This document shows, one piece after another, positions 29,130 through 40,632 of a stretch of 64,000 nt of DNA; within the stretch, counting starts at the first letter, position 1, and every line of letters starts with the position of its first letter. The position numbers and the translations under genes are program-made. Under the pieces are notes generated by a model that ran no database searches, was not told the DNA's origin, and was given only the letters and a program-made list of their open reading frames with translations. Source of the DNA: Barthelona sp. PCE (Eukaryota); the NCBI GenBank assembly GCA_040285745.1, contig JAUFOR010000002.1, positions 930,001 through 994,000 on the forward strand, in the 5' to 3' direction.

Positions 29130-30734
29130 TTAGATGTTTCGCGCTACGCTTAGAAGTTGTTGCAAAAACTCTGAGCCACTTGATACTTCAGTGCACCCAA
29201 TCATCAGTCGTAGATTGTTAGTCTCACCGTATTCTTTCAACTGGTAATACTCATGTAGTGCCATTGGTCCCGTAACAAACAGCACAACATCCCTGTATGA
29301 AACATTATTGAGCATGTTCCGATCTGAAATATTGGTGACCGGGTCTACAACTGAGTATTGTGAATCGAGCTCAAGAGCGGAGGCAAGCTGCTGAATTAGC
29401 GGCGAGCGGTACTGTCCACCAACTAGAGTACCCACCAGACGGGATGCACGTCCGAAAACGCTGGTCTTTGATGAAGACTCCCCTTCAATGAGTGATGATA
29501 TGGACCTTATATCGCTCTCCAGGTCAGGAAACGCGCCCACTGCCCCGTCGATGTCTTTGGATACAAGTGAGTACATTACTGCCAGCCGGAGTAGATCCTC
29601 GCTTGTCCCCTTCTCGCACATCTTTCCGAGCGCCCTTGGCTTCAACTGCTTCTGTAGGACCTCGCATCCTCGGTGGAAGAACTCGTCCAGCGATCGTGAC
29701 TCAACTTCTTGCATCAATGACTTCAATAAACGAGTGTGCAAATCAATCGCCTTCTTTCTCTGTCTCTCTTTGGGCAACATACTAATCTTCGACTTGATGC
29801 TGTCCATATTGGTCTCATCGATGCTAGCTACAGAACGATAACGCTCAAGCTCTTCGGGAAGCTTACTGACGACATCTACAATCGGCAATGGTCCGTATTT
29901 TTCCCATAGCTCATCGTCAGGGAATAAATCAAACACCTCCTTGGTATCCCCATCTTCTAAGACGAGTCTGTTGAGTGTAAAATCAAACTTTTCGTGAATC
30001 ATCGTATGATACAACCAGGAGTGAAGAATTGGTCCGGCAAGATCATCGGATCTGTCTAACAACACTAGTAACGGCCGGCGCTGACAAATACTGCCCTCAA
30101 ACGGTGCTGTGCGAATACTTGATTGTATTTGTTCCTTGATCGCATCACAAACTACTGTGTTTGAATGACATATAATGGGTTTCTTACCACAATGGCTCAG
30201 AACACTCATTAGCTTTGCGGTAACAGTTGGCACGAGTGTTTCCTTCTGGAAAAATGAATCAAAAAAAGAATTTCTTAAATTTAGTGAGAAAAGTGTGTTA
30301 GTTAGAGCATTAAAGCTCATTTGACAGTCCTTTATGCTTTTTACGAGGTGATGGTGATTTGTCTGCCCCAGAGAAACTGCAAAATCGCGTAAAAGAACCT
30401 GGTCAATGCGGTCAGAAAAAACAATGTGGAATGAGTCATACAACTGTTTTTTAATATCAGCTGCAATCATCTTGATGTTATCCTCTGTGGGGGAGACGAA
30501 GTAAAGGGCAGGGATGTCAGAAATTGGTTGTTTCGATGATGCAATGCCTATATGAAATGTTATTCCCAGTGATCTGAGTTTAACCGCAGGAATTAATGAG
30601 CTGATCACACTCAAAGTAAAGTCGTCGTACACCAAAACCTTGAAAAAATCGTTCAGATTCGACGAACGATTAGATTGAAAGAGCGATAAAATATCTGTAA
30701 GTAATGACCGTTGAGATGTGTAAATATCTGACAT
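29130..30734 (-). CDS. SLY1: Sec1/Munc18 family protein Sly1 (SCFD1)
   Basis: FKVLVYD, LRSLGITFH, DIPALYFVSPTEDNI and RPLLVLLDRSDDL...HSWLY. Confidence 0.9.
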   Translation of the reverse strand: MSDIYTSQRSLLTDILSLFQSNRSSNLNDFFKVLVYDDFTLSVISSLIPAVKLRSLGITFHIGIASSKQPISDIPALYFVSPTEDNIKMIAADIKKQLYDSFHIVFSDRIDQVLLRDFAVSLGQTNHHHLVKSIKDCQMSFNALTNTLFSLNLRNSFFDSFFQKETLVPTVTAKLMSVLSHCGKKPIICHSNTVVCDAIKEQIQSSIRTAPFEGSICQRRPLLVLLDRSDDLAGPILHSWLYHTMIHEKFDFTLNRLVLEDGDTKEVFDLFPDDELWEKYGPLPIVDVVSKLPEELERYRSVASIDETNMDSIKSKISMLPKERQRKKAIDLHTRLLKSLMQEVESRSLDEFFHRGCEVLQKQLKPRALGKMCEKGTSEDLLRLAVMYSLVSKDIDGAVGAFPDLESDIRSISSLIEGESSSKTSVFGRASRLVGTLVGGQYRSPLIQQLASALELDSQYSVVDPVTNISDRNMLNNVSYRDVVLFVTGPMALHEYYQLKEYGETNNLRLMIGCTEVSSGSEFLQQLLSVARNI

Positions 30735-31162
30735 GCGTACCTTTTAGCAAATCAATGCAGTGAATAAGAACGAAAAAGATTTAACAAAGAAAATCTCGTT
30801 GTATGGGTTAATGAAAAAGTTCTTTGGTGTTTATGTGGGTATACTTGGCATGCTTCTTATAAAGCTGAAAATATTGAGATTAAAATGATAATAAGCAACA
30901 ATACAATATTCTCTTCACTGCAAAGCTTCAGCACTCATTAATCTCGTGCACAACATTAAACTATAATATTAAGTCGGATAAGAATACTAAATATACTATA
31001 AATGCTGTAGGACCAATAGAAAAAAATCGAAACTTTTTATTCTCTTCAACTATTCATATTAAATACTATGTACCTTTTGAAATGGCTAAATTTGGTCCCT
31101 ATAAGTCTATTGTCATCGGTTTGAAGCGAAAAAATCTGCTTTACTTAATTTACCTTTTCACA

Positions 31163-32950
31163 ATGGCCCCAAAGATTAACCAAGGAGCCTTTTATAGCAT
31201 ATTTGTTGACGGTTTATCTGCCGCCAACGCATTCTATCCCACGTTACAGATATGTAGCAACCCAAAAAGAGCTGGAGAAGAGTACATGCGTTATCGTCTA
31301 CTTGATGGTGAAACCGTCATCAGCGCTTTCATATCACAGGCATTACCTCAAGCACAAGAACTCTTACCTTGTGTAACAATTAAACTGCTCGAGTACTCTG
31401 CCCAAATCGAAGATCGACTGTATCTCCTCGTCACAGATTTTGAAATAGTGGATGCAGAACCTCAGCAGTTATTCCCAGAGTCTGCATATAAACAGAAACC
31501 AGTCGGGTCGAAAAGTGAAATTGTTAGCAACCATACACAAAAAAGCATGCCTCTTTCACCTCCCATGAGCCAGCAGTTTGTTCCCAAGCAGGCCAGAGCC
31601 CGTATTGGTCGTAAACTTGAACCTCCTTTTCCTCGAACCAGACATTGCCCTATTAAACGCTTGTCAAGTACAATGCGTACGGATAACTTTGCCATCATTG
31701 GCCGTGTTACAAAGATGAACGAAATCAGAGAGGTAAATTCTCGCAAGGGTCCTCTCAGCATACTCAATTTTACCATTTGCGATCACAATTCAGAAATTCA
31801 GTTCACAGCCTTTTCAGAACAAGCACATCATGCATACAACAACCTACGTGAAGGTGGCGTGTATTGGTTCACGAAGTTTGGTGTCAAGATGGCTAATAAG
31901 AGGTTTTCTGCTTTAGACCACGATTATGAACTCAGTTGGACTCATAGAACTGAGTACAGTGTATCAAGCGACGCAGATCTTCCTTCACATCACTTCAATT
32001 TCACAAGGTTGGAGCACTGCGCTGATATTCCAAAGGATAAGTTCGTCGACCTGTGTGTGTACATTTACAACATTAACGAGCCCGTTTCACTCATTTCTAA
32101 GAAGACCCAGTCGGAAATCTTCAAGAGAGATCTGGAGGTTCTTGATATTTCTGGTTTCCGATCAAGCATCACTCTATGGGGAAAATACGTTGATGAACCA
32201 CCAGCGGTTGAAACGATCCAGTGCTTCAAGGGGCTGAGATCGTCAACCTTCAGAGGCCAGGTCACGTTTTCTCTAAGCCAATCAGGATCCTTTGTATCAA
32301 CTCCAATTGAAGAAGTTATTGCACTGAAAGAAGCTATTGCATCAGGTAAATTACACCCTGACCAGTGTCAGGAGCTCAGAACAGAAGAAGAAGGTGGATT
32401 TACACCTGGAAATAACCCCGGGTCATTCCGTAACTCCGTGGTTAAAACCATCGAACTGAACGATTTTAACGACTATGAGCCAGAAAGGCAAGTTGCTTTC
32501 CGTCGTGTCAAGGGTGTCATCACATCTATCGACGGGTACAACGACAAGTACTGGTATGAGATGTGCCCCAATGAAGGATGTCGGAAACGAGTTCGTTTGC
32601 AGGATGATGGGTCATATTTGTGTGAGAAGTGTCAGACTACTTCAGCTAACTCTGACTTTGCTTTCATGTTCTCCATTGTCGTTATGGATGATGTGGGCAG
32701 TCTCAAGGTTTCAGTTTTCGATGATTGTGCAAAAGATATGTTCAAGATGAGTGCTTCAGAGTTTAAGAATGCCATTCAAAATGGTGAAGATGGCGCTATT
32801 AGGAATTTGTGTGGTGTTGAATATATTGCAAACATGAGAATTAACTACGATGTTAACAACAATGTGACAAGGTACTCTTTACAAAAACTATATGAACTCA
32901 ATTATGATAAAGAAGCTTCTTTCTTATATCATAGTCTTAAAGATAGATAG
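31163..32950 (+). CDS. RPA1: Replication protein A large subunit
   Basis: Four OB folds, ANKRFSALDHDYEL, ITLWG and zinc finger CPNEGCRK...CEKC. The ATG at 31163 is preferred; an in-frame upstream ATG lies at 31082. Confidence 0.93.
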   Translation: MAPKINQGAFYSIFVDGLSAANAFYPTLQICSNPKRAGEEYMRYRLLDGETVISAFISQALPQAQELLPCVTIKLLEYSAQIEDRLYLLVTDFEIVDAEPQQLFPESAYKQKPVGSKSEIVSNHTQKSMPLSPPMSQQFVPKQARARIGRKLEPPFPRTRHCPIKRLSSTMRTDNFAIIGRVTKMNEIREVNSRKGPLSILNFTICDHNSEIQFTAFSEQAHHAYNNLREGGVYWFTKFGVKMANKRFSALDHDYELSWTHRTEYSVSSDADLPSHHFNFTRLEHCADIPKDKFVDLCVYIYNINEPVSLISKKTQSEIFKRDLEVLDISGFRSSITLWGKYVDEPPAVETIQCFKGLRSSTFRGQVTFSLSQSGSFVSTPIEEVIALKEAIASGKLHPDQCQELRTEEEGGFTPGNNPGSFRNSVVKTIELNDFNDYEPERQVAFRRVKGVITSIDGYNDKYWYEMCPNEGCRKRVRLQDDGSYLCEKCQTTSANSDFAFMFSIVVMDDVGSLKVSVFDDCAKDMFKMSASEFKNAIQNGEDGAIRNLCGVEYIANMRINYDVNNNVTRYSLQKLYELNYDKEASFLYHSLKDR

Positions 32951-34622
32951 TATTTACGTCCCAGAATTGTTCGGAAAGTGAATAAACATTGCTAGAATTG
33001 GAACTCTCATATATCCAACGCCGACGCAAATTAAACACCAAATCAATGATTGTTACTGTCTTACTCTTGTAACGCCGTAATGCTCGCCCTAGCTGCTGAG
33101 AAAAAATAAGCTCAGAGCGTGTAAGTCTTGCGAATATCATGAAATCAACCTGTGGGCAATCCCACCCCTCATTAAGCATATCCACACTTATCAAAACCGA
33201 ATATCCACCATTCTCAAACAGAGAAAACACAGCTTCAACGTTACGGACTGCAGAATGCACTGCACAAGCGAGGATACCACGACTGTTGAATGATCGCTTG
33301 AGTGATTCTGCTGATGATATCGAGTCTACAAAGATTAGGCACTTCTTCTTCTGAACAAGTTCTCGAGACCTCAGAGATCGCTGATAAGAGACATATATTG
33401 ACCGTATATTGTCTGGAGCAACACGCGATAAAAAGTTTTCAGAAACAGAAGTCTGCAACCCTAGATTCTCCAGACTACAAGTCAACCTACTGATGAATCC
33501 GCCCCTTTTATACGCCATACGCCCAAATTCCCACTTCTGCTGTACATTATCAAGAACCTCATAGTAATCAACACGAGGAAATAGCCCAATAGCTTTTGCC
33601 GTCGTCCAAGGCAAATCTACGTATACAATATCCCTAAACATGGTGCGCAACGTCGTTCCATCTTTATCACATGCATGGTATGGTGTTGCAGTCATGCCTA
33701 GTACATATTTCACGTGTGGTAGTTTGCATAGTCTACCAAATAGACGTGAATAGCTTGGAGCAACCATATGATGTGCCTCGTCGAACACAATGTGTGTTAC
33801 TCGGGAAGCGAAAGCACTGTATTGAGATGAAAAAAAATGGTTAGCGCTCTGATGAAGAGCAAAAATAAACCGACATTTCGAAAGGTGTGATGCTGATATT
33901 CCGTTTTCAAACACGCAGAAATGCGCAGATGTAACTCCGTGCCGCCCGTCAAAGTGTTGTTTAAACTTCTTTAGAGCTGAATCGCGGATCGCTCGCGTGT
34001 GTACTAAAAAAACCAACCGAAGATCTGTATCTTCCTGTAGCTCCTTCTCGATGTCCAGTGCGCTCAAAATCGTCTTTCCAAGAGCAGTTGCCATCACTAG
34101 CAGACCATGCTTATGGGAAACAAGAGGATCACATCTTACCGTCAATAAATGGTCCAGAATACACTTCTGTAACTCACTTGGGATGAAGAACCGCTCTTCG
34201 TGGCGCGGAAAGTCTGTTGAGCAGTGTGAAATGTCTGTAGTCTTTAGTGTGTGATGCAAATTCTTTGCAAATCCCTCACTAACTTCGGTAATAAGCATGT
34301 TGACGGCTCTATCAACGTTATAGTTGCACATGTGGAGTGCATGTGCTGCTTTTCCCTCATCAAACCCCATAGATATGAGCAAAGTGATCAACTCATTGAA
34401 AGACCTGGTCTTTTTCTTCTTTTCAACAAGAACAAGTGTTTTTGAGGAAGACGGTGAAACATTTCGGTGTCTAAATGGATATGCCTCTGATATGTTGGTG
34501 AACAAGCTTTGGAATAAATTCTCGTCAATATCCGAGCTTTTCTGAAGCTTTAATGCGATGTCCCAAACATCAATATGTGCGGTGCCTCTGTCAATGTTAC
34601 TATAAAGTCGCCCTTCATTCAT
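32937..34622 (-). CDS. UBA domain fused to a ResIII/Irc3-like superfamily 2 DEAH helicase
   Basis: UBA motif LISMGFDEGKAAHALHMCNYNVDRAVNML. Helicase motifs GLLVMATALGKT, DEAHH, GMTATP, VDMLNEGWDCP and QQLGRALR. Confidence 0.85.
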   Translation of the reverse strand: MNEGRLYSNIDRGTAHIDVWDIALKLQKSSDIDENLFQSLFTNISEAYPFRHRNVSPSSSKTLVLVEKKKKTRSFNELITLLISMGFDEGKAAHALHMCNYNVDRAVNMLITEVSEGFAKNLHHTLKTTDISHCSTDFPRHEERFFIPSELQKCILDHLLTVRCDPLVSHKHGLLVMATALGKTILSALDIEKELQEDTDLRLVFLVHTRAIRDSALKKFKQHFDGRHGVTSAHFCVFENGISASHLSKCRFIFALHQSANHFFSSQYSAFASRVTHIVFDEAHHMVAPSYSRLFGRLCKLPHVKYVLGMTATPYHACDKDGTTLRTMFRDIVYVDLPWTTAKAIGLFPRVDYYEVLDNVQQKWEFGRMAYKRGGFISRLTCSLENLGLQTSVSENFLSRVAPDNIRSIYVSYQRSLRSRELVQKKKCLIFVDSISSAESLKRSFNSRGILACAVHSAVRNVEAVFSLFENGGYSVLISVDMLNEGWDCPQVDFMIFARLTRSELIFSQQLGRALRRYKSKTVTIIDLVFNLRRRWIYESSNSSNVYSLSEQFWDVNTIYL

Positions 34623-34662
34623 AGATAAGGAGAAAAAAATCGAAACCTGATTTTTACAAAGC

Positions 34663-36162
34663 TTAATGCAGTTTCTGATCAAATAATCTTTTTAAAAAAT
34701 CCATCATAACAGTGACCACTTCCTTTCTTGAAAAGAATAAAACAACTAAACACAAAAACAGTGCACTAATAAACTTCTTAATTGCAAACAAGACTAGAGA
34801 TTCGTCATGAAGCTCTACGTCCTCGGATCCAAAGTCTAAATCGTCATCACTGATGAATTCCATTGATTTTGGAGATAAAACTGATGAAGGTCTGTCAATA
34901 ACCGAAAAACTGGTCATTCTAGTGTTTTCTGGGTGATTGAGCAGCTTTTCGGACAAAGGGGAGCTACATGATATCCTTGAAGAATATGAAAACTCACTAT
35001 CACAATCAATCTCATCAGAATTATATCCTTCTGACTCGTCATTCATTATTATATTTGACTCCTCGTTGTCTGTCGACAAAAGGAGAGTCTTAACATCATC
35101 GTTGGACCGCAATAAGAACTCTGAAAATTCTTGTTCGGGTATACTGTCATCCAATGTTTCAAGTTCGAGTTGTAGGGTGGGTTGTGGGGTGGGTTCCTTC
35201 TCTACATCGTCCACACCCTCTAAATTAATTTGGGGAGTTGTGTCAACAACTTCATCTACTGGCTCAGTTTCAACTTCCTCTTCTAGCTCACCAGTCTTGC
35301 TCAACTCATCACCTACCATTTCTGACTGAGGAGCTTCTTCTTCTGTTGCTGAAGATATCATCATCTCTTGCTCAACTGCCACATCACTAATGTCTGAAAT
35401 GTTGTCTTCTTCTTCAGACAACTCATCAACACTAATTGAACTGATATTACTATTTATCATAATATCGATATCAGACTCTTCAACTTCAGGAACAGCACTT
35501 ACTTCTTCTTTTTCATCAAAATTATCAACCTCAACCTTCTTCCTTCTATTTAAGAATTCAAGTAAAATTCTCTCATCACTCAAATTGGTAAAACTATCCA
35601 AAAAATTGCTCATTCGAGGAACGCGAGGTAAAAATGATATTTTCAAATCCAACAACATATGCTCGGCTGTGCCACATATCTTAAATGCAAAAAGTAAAGG
35701 TTCAAGGTTTAACCCAACCAAAACATCTGAAAAATTCATATTATCAACAATATACTGCTCTTTCCATATCAGGTATATTTTATACATTTTCTGTAGTGCT
35801 ATGTAAACCCAACATACGTTTTGTCGCTCTGATAATCCCATTGTTTTACGTATTAAATCCTTAACAAAAATTGGCAACTTTTTTGACAATCTGCCTCTGA
35901 AAAATGCATTTGCAAGTGCCATACCCTCTCTGTTTGTGCTTTTTGATACTCTTAGGGTTGTGTAATTCCCATTCCGAAGCATAGAAACGAATTCTTTCAA
36001 TTCTGGTTGTTGCGCAAGCCCAAAGATATAAAATTCCTGCAAAATATCATCGTTAAGTCGAATAACGAACGATTCCCTGGCATTTTGTGACTGACTACAG
36101 AATACCATCGAGAAAAACGACCGTAACTTCACCGGTTTGTTTAACACAAATTCTTTGCTCAT
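34663..36162 (-). CDS. Hypothetical acidic, Ser-rich protein with C-terminal transmembrane segment (tail-anchored candidate)
   Basis: 499-aa ORF with a long D/E/S-rich region and hydrophobic FISALFLCLVVLFF near the C-terminus. Confidence 0.7.
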   Translation of the reverse strand: MSKEFVLNKPVKLRSFFSMVFCSQSQNARESFVIRLNDDILQEFYIFGLAQQPELKEFVSMLRNGNYTTLRVSKSTNREGMALANAFFRGRLSKKLPIFVKDLIRKTMGLSERQNVCWVYIALQKMYKIYLIWKEQYIVDNMNFSDVLVGLNLEPLLFAFKICGTAEHMLLDLKISFLPRVPRMSNFLDSFTNLSDERILLEFLNRRKKVEVDNFDEKEEVSAVPEVEESDIDIMINSNISSISVDELSEEEDNISDISDVAVEQEMMISSATEEEAPQSEMVGDELSKTGELEEEVETEPVDEVVDTTPQINLEGVDDVEKEPTPQPTLQLELETLDDSIPEQEFSEFLLRSNDDVKTLLLSTDNEESNIIMNDESEGYNSDEIDCDSEFSYSSRISCSSPLSEKLLNHPENTRMTSFSVIDRPSSVLSPKSMEFISDDDLDFGSEDVELHDESLVLFAIKKFISALFLCLVVLFFSRKEVVTVMMDFLKRLFDQKLH

Positions 36163-36389
36163 TGCGCTCTTTAACTCCGTGCGCTGGATAAATAAAGAAA
36201 CCGAGATGCTTGATAAGGTAAATATCCGAATAACGGGTAGTCAAACCTCTTTACGGGTAGAATTTATGGTACAAAGTCCTTTTATTGCCTGTTCCTCATA
36301 CTAAAGCAAAATTTTTCAAGAAACAAACCCGATTTTATTTTTTTACACCCTTTCTCAAGCCCTATTCGAGGTTTATTGTATCCAATTGC

Positions 36390-39300
36390 ATGCAAGAGTC
36401 CGACGAGATCTTTTTGGATGATCCCGATTTCGAATTCGATGATATTGAGAATCCTAAATTTGAACAAGACAATTCGGATATGGATGATGAAGAAGACTTC
36501 ATACCGCCTGATGAAATCCAATGTCTAATTAGTTTCCAAGATACAAATCCTATAGAGATAACATTTGCAACAGAACGTTCAATTTTTGAACAATTCGCTC
36601 CAATAGGTGATTACTTCGGTATAGATTTTGTAGATTATGGCAGTTACACACTCATGGAGACGGAATCTGAGTTTTTCTTTGATTATGAAGATCCATTATA
36701 CGAGCAATTGACCGAGCATGTTGAAATGTACCATGTAGAGCTGAGTTTACGACCGGAAATCATAGCTCGCAACCTCATCATTGGCCTGCGTGACGAGGAC
36801 AAAAAGGTTGCACTGAAGGCGGCATATACACTTAAAGATTCGCTGACTAACGATATGATTGCTGAAATGTTCATTGATGAAGACGGTATCGATGTTTTGG
36901 TGACCATCATATCAAGCTCTAGTGGTAACAAGCAAGCGTATTCACTGCGAGCGTTGCAAACAGTTTTAGGTTACGTTTCAGGTATGGAAGTATTCACTTC
37001 TTCACCTGAATTACTTGAAAATGTGTTTGAATTGATTGACGAGGGCAAACCAAACGTTAAGAAGTCTGCTATGGAACTTCTTTTCGTTGTTTGTTTGCTG
37101 CATGAGGACGGTTACGAGTTAATACACAGTGCTTCCAAGGTTCTCGCAAGGAAGAACGGTTACGCACCATATGAGAATGTCGTTGACATCTTAGAGAATG
37201 GTAATCTGGATCTGCAAATCACAGCATTGACTTTTATGAACACATTGTTGAGAAGTGCTCCAACAACAACACAGATGTTAAAGTTACTTCACAGGTGGGA
37301 ACAACTTGGGATTTACGAAGTTCTGGAGGCCATGTGGAACATTAAACACCCACATTTCCTGACGCAAATCGATATATTCCAAGAGGAGGCTCAAACAGAG
37401 ATTCCTGGATCATGGTATCATGTTGATCGTCTGGAAAGCCTCATTGCTGAAAAAGACGAAGAAATATTTGCACTTCGTGAAAAAATTATGGACCTTCAAC
37501 TTGAGCAACCCCATATCGACATTTTAGTTGCTGAGTTGGAGCGCTATCGTCGTGCAGTACTTTCTGCAAGCCAGCGTGGATTGCTGCTTCCTCTAATGGA
37601 TAGCACTAAAGTTACAATCAATGATGTTGACGATATGATTCCTGAACCGATTGTTACTGAAGAAGGGCATATTATGTATGAACCTGATGTACTTGGTGGC
37701 TTGGAAAGCGCTGCTAAACTTCCTTTTGATGCACTGAAAGCTTCATGTGTTTGTGCCCATTGTCAGAAGAACTTTGAGCCAACAAAAACTCATTACGATC
37801 ATCCTGATGCAGACGAGGATGTTGAAACGTATGTGTACTCAGACAGCGAGTTTGCGCAGCCAGATTTCGACCAGTCAATTCTCTACAGCGAGGATGAATT
37901 CGATTACGATGCGTATGCAGAGATTGTTTATGATGAAGAAGAAGGAGAGTATGTTGAGCGCAAGAAGAAGAAAAAGAAAAAGAAAAAGAAAAAGAGAAAA
38001 AAGAAGAGAAGGAAGAGATCAGATGATTATGATTTTGATTTCGATATGGTCGGGCCTCCACCTGAACCGCAAGATTGTCCTCATTGCGGTACAACAATTA
38101 ATCCTGATGGGACTTATACCGTATCTGAAAAGGGTAAAAAGATGATTGATGCAGTGATGAACCCTGCTTCTGTATCTGAACCACATAAGCCTGTTATGGT
38201 CGGTGTGAATGCTCCTCCTGGTGGTATCCCTGCTCCTCCTGGTGGCATTCCTGCTCCGCCCGGTGGTATCCCTGCTCCTCCAGGAGGCATCCCTGCTCCG
38301 CCCGGTGGTATTCCTGCTCCGCCTGGTGGTATTCCTGCTCCTCCTGGTGGCATTCCTGCTCCCCCCGGTGGCATTCCTGCTCCCCCCGGTGGTATCCCTG
38401 CTCCTCCAGGTGGCATTCCTGCTCCGCCCGGTGGTATCCCTGCTCCTCCTGGCGGTATTCCTGCTCCGCCCGGTGGTATTCCTGCTCCCCCCGGTGGTAT
38501 CCCTGCTCCTCCAGGTGGCATTCCTGCTCCGCCCGGTGGTATCCCTGCTCCTCCTGGTGGTATCCCTGCTCCTCCTGGTGGCATTCCTGCTCCGCCTGGT
38601 GGTATCCCTGCTCCTCCAGGTGGCATTCCTGCTCCGCCTGGTGGTATTCCTGCTCCTCCAGGTGGCATTCCTGCTCCGCCCGGTGGTATTCCTGCTCCGC
38701 CTGGTGGTATCCCTGCTCCTCCAGGTGGTATTCCTGCTCCTCCAGGTGGTATTCCTGCTCCTCCTGGCGGTATTCCTGCTCCCCCCGGTGGTATTCCTGC
38801 TCCTCCAGGAGGCATCCCTGCTCCGCCCGGTGGTATCCCTGCTCCTCCTGGCGGTATTCCTGCTCCTCCTGGTGGTATCCCTGCTCCTCCAGGTGGCATT
38901 CCTGCTCCGCCCGGTGGTGTTCCTGCTCCGCCTGGTGGTATTCCTGGAGCTCCACCTGGTATGCCTGGTATTCCCGGTATTCCTGGAGCTCCACCTGGTA
39001 TGCCTGGTATTCCTGGTATTCCTGGAGCTCCACCTGGTATGCCTGGTATTCCTGGTATTCCTGGAGCTCCACCTGGTATGCCTGGTATTCCTGGTATTCC
39101 TGGAGCTCCACCTGGTATGCCTGGTATTCCTGGTATGCCTGGAGCTCCGCCTGGTATGCCTGGTATTCCCGGTATGCCTGGAGCTCCACCTGGTATGGCC
39201 CCTCCTGGTATTCCTGGTATGCCTGGTATGCCTGGTATGCCTGGTATGCCTGGTATGCCTGGAGGCTTTGGGCGAAAACCAGGAAAACCACAACCAACGA

Positions 39301-40622
39301 AACCAAAGATCAAGCCCGCGGTGAAGATGAAGACTATTCGCTGGAGGCGTAAACTGAAGGATCCTGCCCAAGATGAAATTTGGAACGGTGTTAAAGAATG
39401 TAAGTTCAATATTGATAAAGTGTGCGATCTTTTCAAGGCTAAGGAGAAAAAGAAGAAGGTTGAAGAAGATACGAAGCCAAAAGGGCCACAGCGTATAAAC
39501 GTTTTGGACTCCAAACGTGTTAACAATATTGGAATTGCTTCATCTCGAATGCCTCCGACTGAGGAACTACTTAGCATCATTAACAACTTCGATACAGACA
39601 AACTACCCAATGAGACGGTTGGCCTGGTTGCAAAGAACTTGCCAGATAGTGAGGAACTTGAAGCCATCCGTGCTCAGAAGGCCAACATGCCTGAGAACAG
39701 TTTCCTTGATAAACCTGAAGTGTGGTGTCTTACAATGGGCTCCATTAAGTTTGTCAAGGAAAGATTGGACTCTTGGGTCTTCTACAATGAATTTGAAGAG
39801 ACTTACAACGATGCTCTTTCACCTATCAAGAAATTAGAGGATGCTGTTAAAGCTATTCGAGAATCACAGTCACTCAAGGTTCTTCTCGGTATGCTTCTTG
39901 GTGTTGGTAACTATATCAATGGTGGTACAAAAGAAGGACAGGCTGATGGTTTCGATTGGTCTTTTCTGGCAAAGTCGTGCAACTATAAGACAACTGATGG
40001 TAATGGTACACTACTTCAAGTTGTTGTACAATTTATATCAGAAACAAATAAGAACGCATTACAACTGCCAGAGGAGCTCGCTGCCGTCAAGCAAGCAACC
40101 CGCGTTAAACAAGATGATATGGAGGAAGTTTATGTGCGTGCCGAAGGCGGTATTCAGAATGGTCAAAAAATGGCCGATAAAATCTTCCCGTTGTTGGATG
40201 AAGATGACGCTTTTACTGTTAAAATGAAACCTTTCTTAGAAAAATGGACAAATGAAGTTAATGCGCTCTCTGGTCGCAAGACTAAGGCACTCGAATCATT
40301 CACACAGTTACTACAGTTCCTTGGTTGGAAGCCAAAGGCTGCAGCGAAGCAGCCGTCTGATGAATTTTTCCAAGAAGTGCAAAAAGTCGTCGACGAGTTC
40401 AAAATGTACATTCCAATTGAGAAGAAGAAGAAAAAGAAGAAGAAGAAGGATATTGGAAAGAAGATTGCAAAGGTTAAGAAGGGTGAAGACGCTATGGCAG
40501 CCATTATTTCAGATATTAAGAGTGGTAAGAGTGATAAATTCGCTGCTAAGAAAAAAGATAAGAGTAAGCGTGGCATGCAAAAGAAGCTGCTTAACATAGA
40601 CAAAATGAAGAAGAAGGAATAG
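36390..40622 (+). CDS. Formin (FHOD-like GBD/FH3 armadillo region, FH1, FH2)
   Basis: [10 protein letters not shown]...QAYSLRAL in FH3, a Pro/Gly repeat FH1, and FH2 motifs [17 protein letters not shown] and [10 protein letters not shown]...ADGF. First ATG is at 36390. Confidence 0.92.
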   Translation: MQESDEIFLDDPDFEFDDIENPKFEQDNSDMDDEEDFIPPDEIQCLISFQDTNPIEITFATERSIFEQFAPIGDYFGIDFVDYGSYTLMETESEFFFDYEDPLYEQLTEHVEMYHVELSLRPEIIARNLIIGLRDEDKKVALKAAYTLKDSLTNDMIAEMFIDEDGIDVLVTIISSSSGNKQAYSLRALQTVLGYVSGMEVFTSSPELLENVFELIDEGKPNVKKSAMELLFVVCLLHEDGYELIHSASKVLARKNGYAPYENVVDILENGNLDLQITALTFMNTLLRSAPTTTQMLKLLHRWEQLGIYEVLEAMWNIKHPHFLTQIDIFQEEAQTEIPGSWYHVDRLESLIAEKDEEIFALREKIMDLQLEQPHIDILVAELERYRRAVLSASQRGLLLPLMDSTKVTINDVDDMIPEPIVTEEGHIMYEPDVLGGLESAAKLPFDALKASCVCAHCQKNFEPTKTHYDHPDADEDVETYVYSDSEFAQPDFDQSILYSEDEFDYDAYAEIVYDEEEGEYVERKKKKKKKKKKKRKKKRRKRSDDYDFDFDMVGPPPEPQDCPHCGTTINPDGTYTVSEKGKKMIDAVMNPASVSEPHKPVMVGVNAPPGGIPAPPGGIPAPPGGIPAPPGGIPAPPGGIPAPPGGIPAPPGGIPAPPGGIPAPPGGIPAPPGGIPAPPGGIPAPPGGIPAPPGGIPAPPGGIPAPPGGIPAPPGGIPAPPGGIPAPPGGIPAPPGGIPAPPGGIPAPPGGIPAPPGGIPAPPGGIPAPPGGIPAPPGGIPAPPGGIPAPPGGIPAPPGGIPAPPGGIPAPPGGIPAPPGGIPAPPGGIPAPPGGIPAPPGGVPAPPGGIPGAPPGMPGIPGIPGAPPGMPGIPGIPGAPPGMPGIPGIPGAPPGMPGIPGIPGAPPGMPGIPGMPGAPPGMPGIPGMPGAPPGMAPPGIPGMPGMPGMPGMPGMPGGFGRKPGKPQPTKPKIKPAVKMKTIRWRRKLKDPAQDEIWNGVKECKFNIDKVCDLFKAKEKKKKVEEDTKPKGPQRINVLDSKRVNNIGIASSRMPPTEELLSIINNFDTDKLPNETVGLVAKNLPDSEELEAIRAQKANMPENSFLDKPEVWCLTMGSIKFVKERLDSWVFYNEFEETYNDALSPIKKLEDAVKAIRESQSLKVLLGMLLGVGNYINGGTKEGQADGFDWSFLAKSCNYKTTDGNGTLLQVVVQFISETNKNALQLPEELAAVKQATRVKQDDMEEVYVRAEGGIQNGQKMADKIFPLLDEDDAFTVKMKPFLEKWTNEVNALSGRKTKALESFTQLLQFLGWKPKAAAKQPSDEFFQEVQKVVDEFKMYIPIEKKKKKKKKKDIGKKIAKVKKGEDAMAAIISDIKSGKSDKFAAKKKDKSKRGMQKKLLNIDKMKKKE
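38220..38933 (+). repeat. Coding tandem repeat: 34 x 21 bp encoding (GGIPAPP)33 + GGVPAPP
   Basis: Unit GGTGGYATYCCTGCTCCNCCH; 714 bp = 34 units; variation is almost all synonymous. Confidence 0.95.
38946..39260 (+). repeat. Coding tandem repeat: 6 x 39 bp ([11 protein letters not shown][I/M]P) followed by 9-bp GMP units
   Basis: GGAGCTCC recurs every 39 bp from 38946 to 39180, followed by (GGTATGCCT)n. Confidence 0.9.
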
Positions 40623-40632
40623 CAAAATAAAA

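Noticed and set aside
36233-36260. ACGGGTAG direct repeat in a divergent promoter
   Set aside because: Not seen in other promoters here, so there is too little evidence for a regulatory call.
38220-38933. Regular array superficially like a CRISPR or satellite
   Set aside because: No unique spacers; it is an in-frame coding repeat in a eukaryotic gene.
38019-39667. Long ORFs in alternative frames and the antisense strand over the formin repeat
   Set aside because: By-product of a stop-free 21-bp repeat; synonymous variation favours the formin frame.
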